A stretch of 64,000 nt of DNA from Candidatus Dojkabacteria bacterium (GTDB taxonomy: Bacteria; Patescibacteriota; Dojkabacteria; JAOAGR01): assembly GCA_026415655.1 (NCBI GenBank), contig JAOAGR010000002.1, positions 64,094 to 128,093 on the forward strand. The letters are read 5' to 3'. A program made the translations under genes and the position numbers. Under the pieces are notes generated by a model. That model was not told the origin of the DNA. It worked only from the letters and a program-made list of their open reading frames with translations, and ran no database searches. Each line of letters opens with the position of its first letter. The first letter of the stretch is position 1. This document shows, one piece after another, positions 1-7,940 of the stretch.

Positions 1-1
1 A

Positions 2-127
2 TACGTTGTCGTATTTTTTGCCTTTATGAATTTTGTTATGATGCAATCCGTTATTTCATTAATTGTTTTAATCATTATCATTGGTGCTGTATTTGCATAT
101 AATTATCTATTTCATTCTGCGCGTTAG
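2..127 (+). CDS. 3' end of a membrane-protein gene running off the window start (partial)
   Basis: Open frame from the window edge to TAG at 125-127. The translation is hydrophobic (...VLIIIIGAVFAYNYLFHSAR*). No start codon is visible in the window. Confidence 0.25.
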   Translation, partial: YVVVFFAFMNFVMMQSVISLIVLIIIIGAVFAYNYLFHSAR

Positions 128-133
128 TAAATA

Positions 134-1297
134 ATGTATAATAATCTTAGGATGATTAGAAAGTTATTTTTTATATTTTTTTTGATTACATTTTTATTCT
201 TCAGTGTACTTAACAATTCTTTTATTTTTGCAAATAATGATTTGGAAAATCAAAATCATATATATATAGCACGAGTAAGTGATGCAGAAAATATAGAAGA
301 ATATAAGCGTGTTTTAAACAGTAATATCCAGAAAGTAGAATTGGAGATATTTGCAGAAAATAATGTCCGATTTATAAAAAGAACTGAATTTAGCTTTCCA
401 AATAATCAATTCAAAAAGGCTCTTAATATTGGTGATCTTGTTATTGTAGAGACGACTTCAAAATTAGATGATAACTACGGCGGACCGATCAAAATTCTTA
501 CTTATTATCGGGAGAACAATATTTATCTTTGGATAATCATTGCTTTTATTCTTTTCTTGGTTGTAATGAGTTTTCGTTCAAACATAAAATATATTTATTT
601 TTTATCAATTCTTGTTATATCAGGAATATTTATAGTATTCTTCTTTAGAATTAATACTTATACGTTATTGATTGGTAATGTATTTTTACTATCTTCTATG
701 ACATTTCTCTATGCATTTTTTGTTTTGTACAAGCATAAGATGAATTCAATTTTACTTGCCCTATGTATATTTTTTAGCCAATTACTTTCATTTGTTCTTA
801 TATATATGCTTTCACAGTTTAAACTTGTTGGACCGACTTTTTTCTCTTTATTTTTTCCATCTATCATAGATACAAGAGAAGCATCAATATATGTATTTAG
901 TTCTATACTCGTATTTTTACATTCTATTTATTTGGCAGATCGAGTAATTTTGGATGCTATCAGTTTGAAAAAGAAAAATCCTAATATCACAAGAAATGAA
1001 CTAATTCAAAATCTACTTCTGGATACATCGAAAGTCTTATCTAATGTGATTCTTACTATTTTTGGCTTTGCCTTTGCCCTTTCTATTGTTGTCTTATTGA
1101 TAGCGAGTAATAATACTATTTTGTGGTGGAGTATAAATGCCAGTCCTTTTGTCGAATTTATAGGAATATTTGTATTTATTATTCTTAATATCCTTATTTA
1201 TGTACCTGTTATTGCTATAGTCGTTGGAAGTATTTTTGGTTCTTTAGATAGATATAAATTCACATCCGAGCAGATTGTAAAGTTAATTGATATATAA
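134..1297 (+). CDS. Hypothetical polytopic membrane protein: N-terminal signal/anchor, a soluble domain of about 120 aa, then at least 8 predicted TM helices
   Basis: 387-aa ORF. The N-terminal hydrophobic segment, the stretch 'ANNDLENQNHIYIARVSDAENIEE...' and the multiple long hydrophobic runs were read from the translation. I recognise no family motif. Confidence 0.5.
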   Translation: MYNNLRMIRKLFFIFFLITFLFFSVLNNSFIFANNDLENQNHIYIARVSDAENIEEYKRVLNSNIQKVELEIFAENNVRFIKRTEFSFPNNQFKKALNIGDLVIVETTSKLDDNYGGPIKILTYYRENNIYLWIIIAFILFLVVMSFRSNIKYIYFLSILVISGIFIVFFFRINTYTLLIGNVFLLSSMTFLYAFFVLYKHKMNSILLALCIFFSQLLSFVLIYMLSQFKLVGPTFFSLFFPSIIDTREASIYVFSSILVFLHSIYLADRVILDAISLKKKNPNITRNELIQNLLLDTSKVLSNVILTIFGFAFALSIVVLLIASNNTILWWSINASPFVEFIGIFVFIILNILIYVPVIAIVVGSIFGSLDRYKFTSEQIVKLIDI

Positions 1298-1398
1298 ATC
1301 AATTAGCTTTGTATTAGATTTAATTGATAGGTTAATTTACTTTATACTGAATTGCCTAATTTGTAATAAAGTAAACTTAAATTATTGTTATTTAAATT

Positions 1399-2271
1399 TT
1401 ATAAAGATTCTAGTTTTTCGTTTCGAGGTTTATTTATACCTATAAGATTTGCAAATCTTTCTGTTGTTGAAATTCTTTTGTGACCGACGACTGTGGCTAT
1501 AAATGATATACTTGCGCCTCTTGCAAGATGGTGAGCGATAAATGTATTTCTAAGATCATTTACTGTAGCGTTTTTGATGTTTGCCTTCTTAAACAATCTC
1601 TCAAGATAAAATCTTACATTTCTTTTCATTACAGGATTACCAGATTTTGTGAGAAACAACGCGGGATTGTTATAATACTTTGGTCTTATTGTTAAATATT
1701 CTTTTAATGTATTACTGGCAACGTCATTTAATGGAACGATTCTTTCGGGAGTGGACTCATACTTCTTAATTCTAATTTGTATAGGTCTATCACCCTGATA
1801 GATAATATCATCAAGCTCTATTCGACATAATTCACCCACACGCATTCCTGTCTGCAAAAGAAGCTCAACCATGGTATAGATTCTAATATCACGTTTTGCA
1901 AGGTCCCTGAGTCTATTGTATTCTTCAGGTGTTAATACACGAGGCATTTCCGCATATGCTTTGGGGCTTTTTATCTTCATTTGTGGTATAGAATTGGCAT
2001 AGTTATTTTCAATGGCAAATTTGAAGAAATTTTTAACTGCATTTAATTTACGATAAATACTTTTTAATGTGTAACCTTTATTTGTGTAATGATCTACATA
2101 AGCTTGTACGTCCTCATTCGTAATATCATTGAGCTTTTTATTTCTTACATTTTCACAAAATTCCAAGAACTGTTCAATATCTTTTGTGTAAGCGATAATG
2201 GTGTTAATAGACTTATTTGCATCTCGTAGGCTTTTTTCGTAAAGATTAACTAATTCCTTTATTTTACTCAT
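1399..2271 (-). CDS. Site-specific tyrosine recombinase, XerC/XerD / phage-integrase family
   Basis: 290 aa. The N-terminal core-binding-like region reads 'INTIIAYTKDIEQFLEFC'. The C-terminal catalytic region reads 'HHLARGASISFIATVVGHKRISTTERF' and 'GMRVGELCRIELDDI', matching the R...H-x-x-R...Y pattern of tyrosine recombinases. It lies immediately downstream of the tRNA-Arg 3' end. Confidence 0.8.
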   Translation of the reverse strand: MSKIKELVNLYEKSLRDANKSINTIIAYTKDIEQFLEFCENVRNKKLNDITNEDVQAYVDHYTNKGYTLKSIYRKLNAVKNFFKFAIENNYANSIPQMKIKSPKAYAEMPRVLTPEEYNRLRDLAKRDIRIYTMVELLLQTGMRVGELCRIELDDIIYQGDRPIQIRIKKYESTPERIVPLNDVASNTLKEYLTIRPKYYNNPALFLTKSGNPVMKRNVRFYLERLFKKANIKNATVNDLRNTFIAHHLARGASISFIATVVGHKRISTTERFANLIGINKPRNEKLESL

Positions 2272-2404
2272 AGTAAGCTATTTATATAATATTTGATCTA
2301 TTTTGACAAGTGATATTAGAATGGCGAACCTATCTAAACGTTTTTCCTGGTTTTGAGTTGAAATTTATGTCTAAACAATTTTATTTATAATTTGAATGGA
2401 TCCA

Positions 2405-2481
2405 TGGCACGCCCGGAGAGATTCGAACTCCCGACCCCTTGTTCCGAAGACAAGTGCTCTAATCCGCTGAGCTACGGGCGC
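2405..2481 (-). tRNA. tRNA-Arg (anticodon TCG), CCA encoded
   Basis: Reverse complement is GCGCCCGTAGCTCAGCGGATTAGAGCACTTGTCTTCGGAACAAGGGGTCGGGAGTTCGAATCTCTCCGGGCGTGCCA. It forms a cloverleaf with a 7-bp acceptor stem (one GU pair), D-stem GCTC/GAGC, anticodon stem CTTGT/ACAAG, loop CTTCGGA (anticodon UCG) and T-loop TTCGAAT. Confidence 0.85.
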
Positions 2482-2489
2482 GTGCATTT

Positions 2490-2516
2490 ATTATATCAAA
2501 TACACGAAATTCGTGT
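2490..2516 (-). promoter_or_regulatory. Candidate -10 box (TATAAT) plus a perfect 7-1-7 palindrome (ACACGAA-A-TTCGTGT) just upstream of tRNA-Arg(TCG). The palindrome could also be a weak terminator for the upstream rimK-like gene
   Basis: On the minus strand, TATAAT lies 8 nt before the mature tRNA 5' end. The palindrome at 2502-2516 overlaps the expected -35 position. Both were read directly from the sequence. Confidence 0.3.
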
Positions 2517-2643
2517 TTAGCTAATATTGAAAAGTATACATTACTTATTTTATTAGTTTGATTTTTGGCTTAGTTAAAATTACAAAAGTATTTAATTAAA
2601 CAGCTTTAATTTGATATTTAATTTCTGATAAAATGCATAAATT

Positions 2644-3540
2644 TTAGTCTGCATTTTTTATCATAAAATCTATTACCCTCTCTGCTATTTCTTTTCCAGC
2701 TGCTTTTGATATACCTTCCAGTCCTGGAGTACGATTTGCTTCTATTACATAAAACTTGCCGTATTTTGTGACCAATATATCTACACCAGATACTAAAAGT
2801 TCACAAGCTTGTGCAGCTTTTATAGCAGCTTGTTTTATTTCTTCTGAGGGATCAAATTTTTCTACACTACCTCCTAATGAAAAATTAGCTCTAAAATCGC
2901 CTTCTCTAGGTATTCGACGCATACAACCTATGTATTCATCACCAGCAATGATGATTCTCAGATCGTATTGATAATCCACTACTTCTTGAAGTAAAAACGC
3001 TGAAATTTTCTTTTCGTATTGAATAAGAATATTTTGAATGTCTTCAAGGCTATTTACTTTAAAGACTCTCGAACCTTGTCCAGTATTGGTTTGCTTCATA
3101 ATTAGAGGAAATCCTAATACACCACGATTTAGATATTCTTCTAGTTGTGACATTCTCAAAAATAAAAAGGTTTTAGGTACAGGTAAACCAGCAGAAGCAA
3201 GTTTTATCATATCTGCCCTTTTATTGATAAGATAATTTACTTTAGTCAAGTTATTATCAAATACTTTGATTCCGTTTCTACGACAATATTTGATAAGTTC
3301 TTTGGCTGTAGGTACACTGGAAAATCCTGATCTAGATATGACTATATCTACAAGATCCTTGTTTAATAATTTATCATCAAAATAAAATCTTACATTATCG
3401 GTTTCTATTTCTATATGCATTTTTCCAGGTTCAAGTATTATGACTTCAGATACGTCAGGATGTTTATAAAGTGCTTCCAATTCTGCTTTTTCTTCGTCTT
3501 TTACAGTGACTGTTTTATAAAGACCTACTTTTAATTTCAT
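2644..3540 (-). CDS. rimK: RimK-family ATP-grasp alpha-L-glutamate ligase
   Basis: 298 aa. 'DLRIIIAGDEYIGCMRRIPREGDFRANFSLGG', 'VSGVDILV' and 'VIEANRTPGLEGISKAAGKEIAE' align closely with E. coli RimK as I remember it (EGDFRSNLHRGG, VAGVDIL, EVNASPGLEGIEKTTG). Confidence 0.85.
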   Translation of the reverse strand: MKLKVGLYKTVTVKDEEKAELEALYKHPDVSEVIILEPGKMHIEIETDNVRFYFDDKLLNKDLVDIVISRSGFSSVPTAKELIKYCRRNGIKVFDNNLTKVNYLINKRADMIKLASAGLPVPKTFLFLRMSQLEEYLNRGVLGFPLIMKQTNTGQGSRVFKVNSLEDIQNILIQYEKKISAFLLQEVVDYQYDLRIIIAGDEYIGCMRRIPREGDFRANFSLGGSVEKFDPSEEIKQAAIKAAQACELLVSGVDILVTKYGKFYVIEANRTPGLEGISKAAGKEIAERVIDFMIKNAD

Positions 3541-3582
3541 AGTGTGATAATTATAATTCTAAAAATATATTTTTACGATACC

Positions 3583-4521
3583 ATGTCTAATAAAAAGTTC
3601 TGTATCTTTGGTCCTAGTTATAAAGGTGAAAGATCGCGTTCTATACATCTTATTTATGATGCGGCAAAAAGGATGGGATTGGATGTATATGTTTTACCAA
3701 AACGTAAATTATTAGGTTATATAGATGAAAATGGTATATTTAAATTCAGATCCCTAGATCCTGATATTGTTTTAGACGAGATAGATGTTTTTTATTTTCG
3801 TATGGTTACGGGTATTATTGATGGTAGGACTAAGGCAAGGTATAGGATTTTTCCTGAGATGATTACTTTTGCAAAATATTTGCATTTTCAACTTGGCAAG
3901 AAGGTATATGACTCTTTTCTTTTAAGGCCTGATCCTAACTTTACAAAAATTACTAATATGTATTTATTATCCCAGAATGGTATACCAAATATACAAACGT
4001 GGTTTTTTCTAAACAAAAAACAGGTACTTAAACATTTACATTTCATTAAGTTTCCTATCATAATAAAACCAGCAAATGGTACACAGGGTAGGGGAGTCAA
4101 AAGATTTGATACTAAAGAAGAATTTATTGAATATTTGAAGAATGAAGAAAGTATAATTTTCTATCCTAATATCATCCAAACAGCAATAGAAAATGATGGA
4201 GATTATAGACTTGTTGTAATAGGTGATCAGGTAGTGGCTGCACTGTGGAAAAAGCGCGATCCAAATAAAATAGTTGCAAATATGAGTCAAGGAAATAATG
4301 CAATACCTATCAAACCCGATAAAGAACTCGAAGAACTAGCAGTAAAGTCAGCAAAAATACTTGGAATAGATTTTGCAGGTGTTGATATTATCGAAGATAA
4401 AATTACAGGAAAAAGATATGTTTTAGAGGTAAATTTGTCACCGCAGATATTTTATAGTACAAAGTATAGCAATGTAAGTATTGCAGAGGAATTTGTCAAA
4501 TTTATCATTGAGAAGTCATAA
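3583..4521 (+). CDS. Second, more divergent RimK-like ATP-grasp ligase
   Basis: 'GDYRLVVIGDQVVAALWKKRDPNKIVANMSQGNNA', 'FAGVDII' and 'YVLEVNLSPQ' follow the ATP-grasp/RimK C-terminal pattern. The ORF-track start at 3544 is a GTG abutting the divergent gene, so the ATG at 3583 (MSNKKF...) is preferred. Confidence 0.7.
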   Translation: MSNKKFCIFGPSYKGERSRSIHLIYDAAKRMGLDVYVLPKRKLLGYIDENGIFKFRSLDPDIVLDEIDVFYFRMVTGIIDGRTKARYRIFPEMITFAKYLHFQLGKKVYDSFLLRPDPNFTKITNMYLLSQNGIPNIQTWFFLNKKQVLKHLHFIKFPIIIKPANGTQGRGVKRFDTKEEFIEYLKNEESIIFYPNIIQTAIENDGDYRLVVIGDQVVAALWKKRDPNKIVANMSQGNNAIPIKPDKELEELAVKSAKILGIDFAGVDIIEDKITGKRYVLEVNLSPQIFYSTKYSNVSIAEEFVKFIIEKS

Positions 4522-4541
4522 ATAAATTCATACAAAATTTG

Positions 4542-5072
4542 TTATAGATAATAAACTGATATTTCTGATCTTGGTACAGTATTGAGAATATCCGATGTCC
4601 TATGATTTAATCCTCTGTAGTTAACCAATACAAATGTATAAGTATTTCTATTGTCTAATAGTTTGTGAACTGCACTAAATAGCGTGGTGGTTTGTTCTGG
4701 AGTTAATTTAGGAATCCATGTTTGTGACTGTTCTCCAAAATATTCCATTGAGTCATGTGTCAGGTTAAAACCAGTTTCATTTGGCAGCGGTTGTCTATTT
4801 AAGTTGTTCAAATCGACATAATGTTGATGTACACCACTTAGCCTTGGGAATCTTCCTGCTCTATTTGGCTCTATACACCGATGTGGTATCACCAATATAT
4901 TAACTTGTCCTTTGTTAGTACTAGAAAATTCTTTGTATAATATCAGAGCAGTTTTTGAATCTTGCTTTCTATAATTGATGTTGAATATATAATACATGGT
5001 TATGTACATACAAAGTGTAACATATAAAAATTTATTTGTCGTTGAACATCCTCTATTATTTGGTACCGACAA
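4542..5072 (-). CDS. Hypothetical protein with weak HIT-like nucleotide hydrolase/transferase resemblance
   Basis: 'NILVIPHRCIE' resembles the HIT 'LVIPKKHI' segment. 'GVHQHYV' is only a partial H-x-H-x-H motif. The 5' end overlaps the start of the next + gene by 77 bp, so the true start is probably internal. Confidence 0.3.
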   Translation of the reverse strand: MSVPNNRGCSTTNKFLYVTLCMYITMYYIFNINYRKQDSKTALILYKEFSSTNKGQVNILVIPHRCIEPNRAGRFPRLSGVHQHYVDLNNLNRQPLPNETGFNLTHDSMEYFGEQSQTWIPKLTPEQTTTLFSAVHKLLDNRNTYTFVLVNYRGLNHRTSDILNTVPRSEISVYYL

Positions 5073-6429
5073 GAAGTATCTGTGTAAGTTTCATAAACAT
5101 AAACTGATTTTTTTACGTGCGGTTTTGAGAGCAAAGTATGATGAGTATCTCAATAAATTTGGACCAGATAGAGTCAAATATATTGAGTTTCATGAATATG
5201 ATGATGAATCTTTTTTTGCTAGATTAGCATCTCAAAGGTTAGAATATGAAGACACAGTTGATTTTGAACTAGAGCGAAGATTAAGGTTTTATGCAAAAAA
5301 ATATTGTATTGAACTAGTCAAGAGACCTAATCCATCATTTATTACGTCTGAATCTGATATCGAGGATTACCTCAATACCACAAATAATAAAAAATTTTTC
5401 CTTACTCATTTTTATATTTGGCAGAGGAAACGGCTAGGATTGCTTATGGACGGTCAAAAACCGCTCGGTGGCAAATGGACTTTTGATCAACAGAATAGAA
5501 AGAAAATCCCTAAAAATATTGATTTGCCCAGACATCTGAAACTAGAAATAAATAAATATATCGAAGAGGCAAAAACCTATGTACAAAAATATTTTTCTGA
5601 TAATCCCGGTGATATAGACAACTTTGGTTATGCTGTCACCAGAGAAGATGCGTTGAGAATATTAGATTATTTTTTTGAATACAATATACAAAGTTTCGGA
5701 CCGTATCAGGATGCTATCGATACACGAGATGATTATTGGTTTCATTCGGTTATTTCACCTTATCTAAATATAGGGTTGATCACGATACAAGATGTATTGA
5801 ATAGACTTAGTCAATATTTTGACATCAGATACATTGCTTCATTTGAAGGTTTCCTACGGCAAATCATTGGTTGGCGAGAATTCATACGAATGGTCTACCT
5901 CAAGAAGGGAGTAAAAGTCAGAAATGGTAATTTTTTTAATCATAAAAATAAGCTACCCAAGTTTTTTTATACAGGTGATTCAGGGATTATACCACTTGAT
6001 GATGTAATAAAAAAAGTCAATAAAATAGCTTATGCTCATCATATAGAGAGGCTTATGATATTAGGTAATTTCATGTTGCTAATGGAGGTGGATCCCGATG
6101 AGGTGTATCGCTGGTTTATGGAGATGTTTATTGATGCTTATGACTGGGTGATGGTGCCCAATGTGTATAGTATGAGTCAATATGCTGATGGAGGATTAAT
6201 CACTACAAAACCTTATTTTTCTGGTTCAAATTATATACTTAAAATGTCAAATTATAAAAAAGGAGAATGGTGTGATATCTGGGATGGATTGTTTTGGAGA
6301 TTCGTATACAAAAATAAAGAATTTTTATCTAAAAATATACTAGTAGGAGCGATAACCAGACGCGATATCAATCTGGTCAAAGATAAAATTGTGAAGGCAG
6401 AAAGATTTCTGGCTAAATGTTATAGTTAG
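4996..6429 (+). CDS. Cryptochrome/photolyase-related protein (deoxyribodipyrimidine photolyase-related, COG3046-like)
   Basis: 477 aa. 'GGKWTFDQQNRKKIP' and the overall length/arrangement match my memory of the DPRP family. The start is uncertain because of the overlap with the upstream minus ORF. Confidence 0.5.
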   Translation: MVMYIQSVTYKNLFVVEHPLLFGTDKKYLCKFHKHKLIFLRAVLRAKYDEYLNKFGPDRVKYIEFHEYDDESFFARLASQRLEYEDTVDFELERRLRFYAKKYCIELVKRPNPSFITSESDIEDYLNTTNNKKFFLTHFYIWQRKRLGLLMDGQKPLGGKWTFDQQNRKKIPKNIDLPRHLKLEINKYIEEAKTYVQKYFSDNPGDIDNFGYAVTREDALRILDYFFEYNIQSFGPYQDAIDTRDDYWFHSVISPYLNIGLITIQDVLNRLSQYFDIRYIASFEGFLRQIIGWREFIRMVYLKKGVKVRNGNFFNHKNKLPKFFYTGDSGIIPLDDVIKKVNKIAYAHHIERLMILGNFMLLMEVDPDEVYRWFMEMFIDAYDWVMVPNVYSMSQYADGGLITTKPYFSGSNYILKMSNYKKGEWCDIWDGLFWRFVYKNKEFLSKNILVGAITRRDINLVKDKIVKAERFLAKCYS

Positions 6430-6491
6430 GTTTTGAGTTTATAAAGTTCCCAATGATAAGGATATAGATATCTCTCTAGGCTATACATATT

Positions 6492-7034
6492 TTAAATGAT
6501 TTCGATTTTTTGACGGATCTTATCTGATTGAACAGGAAAAACAAACATAGGGGATTTGGGGTTAAAGGTGTTAATTATGTATTTGGGCTTCGTGTCAATT
6601 ATATTGTCTAGAAAACTGATTACCATTTTCTCATCTGTATAACCAGGTGTGTTTAGTGGATATTGGTAGACGTATTTATCCATACTCACACGTTTTGAGA
6701 AGAAGAATACTGATCCTTCAGCTCCCCATATAAGGATTCGGTCATGCAGTTCCGTAATTCTTACGATTTCATCGACAATAGTGGTTTTGATATTTATCTT
6801 ATGTAGTTCATTAATATAGGAAAGATAATTTTGGACATTAAGTAAAAATATTATCCCAATAATACTAATGCTCAGAAAGAATTTTGTGGTGACTTTATTC
6901 CTATCAATTTGAGATAATATATTATGATATATTTCTGATAATGTTTTTGCGGTAAGTATAGTAAATGTCGGTATCAAAACCATATAATAGTGATAAAATG
7001 CTCGGTCCGAAAGAGATATAAGCATTAGTTCCAC
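6492..7034 (-). CDS. C-terminal portion of the same GT39-like glycosyltransferase, separated by one in-frame TAA (possible pseudogene or split gene)
   Basis: Starts at GTG 7034-7032, exactly one codon after the TAA of the upstream ORF and in the same frame. Two further TM helices are followed by a soluble domain. The combined length of about 480 aa is typical for this family. Confidence 0.45.
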   Translation of the reverse strand: MELMLISLSDRAFYHYYMVLIPTFTILTAKTLSEIYHNILSQIDRNKVTTKFFLSISIIGIIFLLNVQNYLSYINELHKINIKTTIVDEIVRITELHDRILIWGAEGSVFFFSKRVSMDKYVYQYPLNTPGYTDEKMVISFLDNIIDTKPKYIINTFNPKSPMFVFPVQSDKIRQKIEII

Positions 7035-7037
7035 AGG

Positions 7038-7940
7038 TTAATTTATTAGGGATAAAAAGAGTATTGGGTGTCTAAATTTGTTTTTTAAAAAAAGTATATA
7101 CAAAAATCCTGTTAAGGAGAGTAATAATATTCCGGTGTCTTGCATTCGCACTAGACCCACCAGTATAGGATAGGATCTAGATAACTCCTGTGTCTCTATA
7201 CTAGAATATACAAAGTTGAAATGAAAATTCGCATCGTAGTATTCATTTAAGGAATTGTGACTCAGAAAAAATAAGTGCCAAAAAATGAAATTCAGAAAAA
7301 CGCCAATTCCTATTGACCCAATTTGTAAGATAAATTCTTTTGCTGTTTGTTTATTGATTTTTGATAAGAATTGAAATAGGAAATACAGCCCCACAGCAAT
7401 CCATATACCAATCGCAGTTTGTTTGGTAAAGAACGCTAAACCACCTAAAATTCCAATCAAAAATAAAATTTTCTTATTTTTGTTATGCGAATATTTGTGA
7501 AAGAGATAGATTCCTAATACCTGAAACAAAATAGTATATTCTGTAGTAAGATTTCCGCCTTCTAGTGCAAAAAAGAGAGTTATTGATGCGATACATATTG
7601 CAATGAGAGAAGTTTGTTTATCAAATATCGTGCTAACTAATTTGTGTAATAGTATAAAAGAGCTAAAAATGAATATAAGTTGGATGATCCAGACACCCCA
7701 ATGTTCATTTATTAGCAGACCTAGCGCGTTTAGGTAAAATATTATAGGTGGTTTGTGATCCCATACGTCTCTGTAAGGGATTTCTCCCTCTAAGATACGC
7801 CATCCTATGTACATAAATAGACCAGAATCGCGCAAAGTGTGTGTCATGAAATTAGGGTGTAAGGGCATCATAACCATCATCGAAAATATAAAGATTAACA
7901 ACTTATCCCCAATATGGTTGATGATCTTTTTTATTTTCAT
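7038..7940 (-). CDS. Glycosyltransferase family 39/83 (PMT/ArnT-like) membrane protein, N-terminal transmembrane portion
   Basis: 300 aa and polytopic. 'EIPYRDVWDHKPPIIFYLNA' resembles the ArnT/PMT-type first-loop motif. It ends at TAA 7038-7040, in frame with the next ORF. Confidence 0.55.
   Translation of the reverse strand: MKIKKIINHIGDKLLIFIFSMMVMMPLHPNFMTHTLRDSGLFMYIGWRILEGEIPYRDVWDHKPPIIFYLNALGLLINEHWGVWIIQLIFIFSSFILLHKLVSTIFDKQTSLIAICIASITLFFALEGGNLTTEYTILFQVLGIYLFHKYSHNKNKKILFLIGILGGLAFFTKQTAIGIWIAVGLYFLFQFLSKINKQTAKEFILQIGSIGIGVFLNFIFWHLFFLSHNSLNEYYDANFHFNFVYSSIETQELSRSYPILVGLVRMQDTGILLLSLTGFLYILFLKNKFRHPILFLSLIN

Noticed and set aside
1-1400. Search for an attR direct repeat of the tRNA-Arg(TCG) 3' end within 1-1400
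   Set aside because: No match of 12 nt or more to TGGCACGCCCGGAGAGATTCGAAC was seen by eye, so I cannot delimit an island within the window.
2756-4290. Short antisense ORFs inside the two RimK-like genes (2756..2971, 3038..3235, 3888..4100, 4036..4290)
   Set aside because: They lie entirely within, and antisense to, ORFs with strong RimK homology. Their composition is unremarkable. They are not small precursor peptides, since they have no leader/core features and overlap the better-supported genes.
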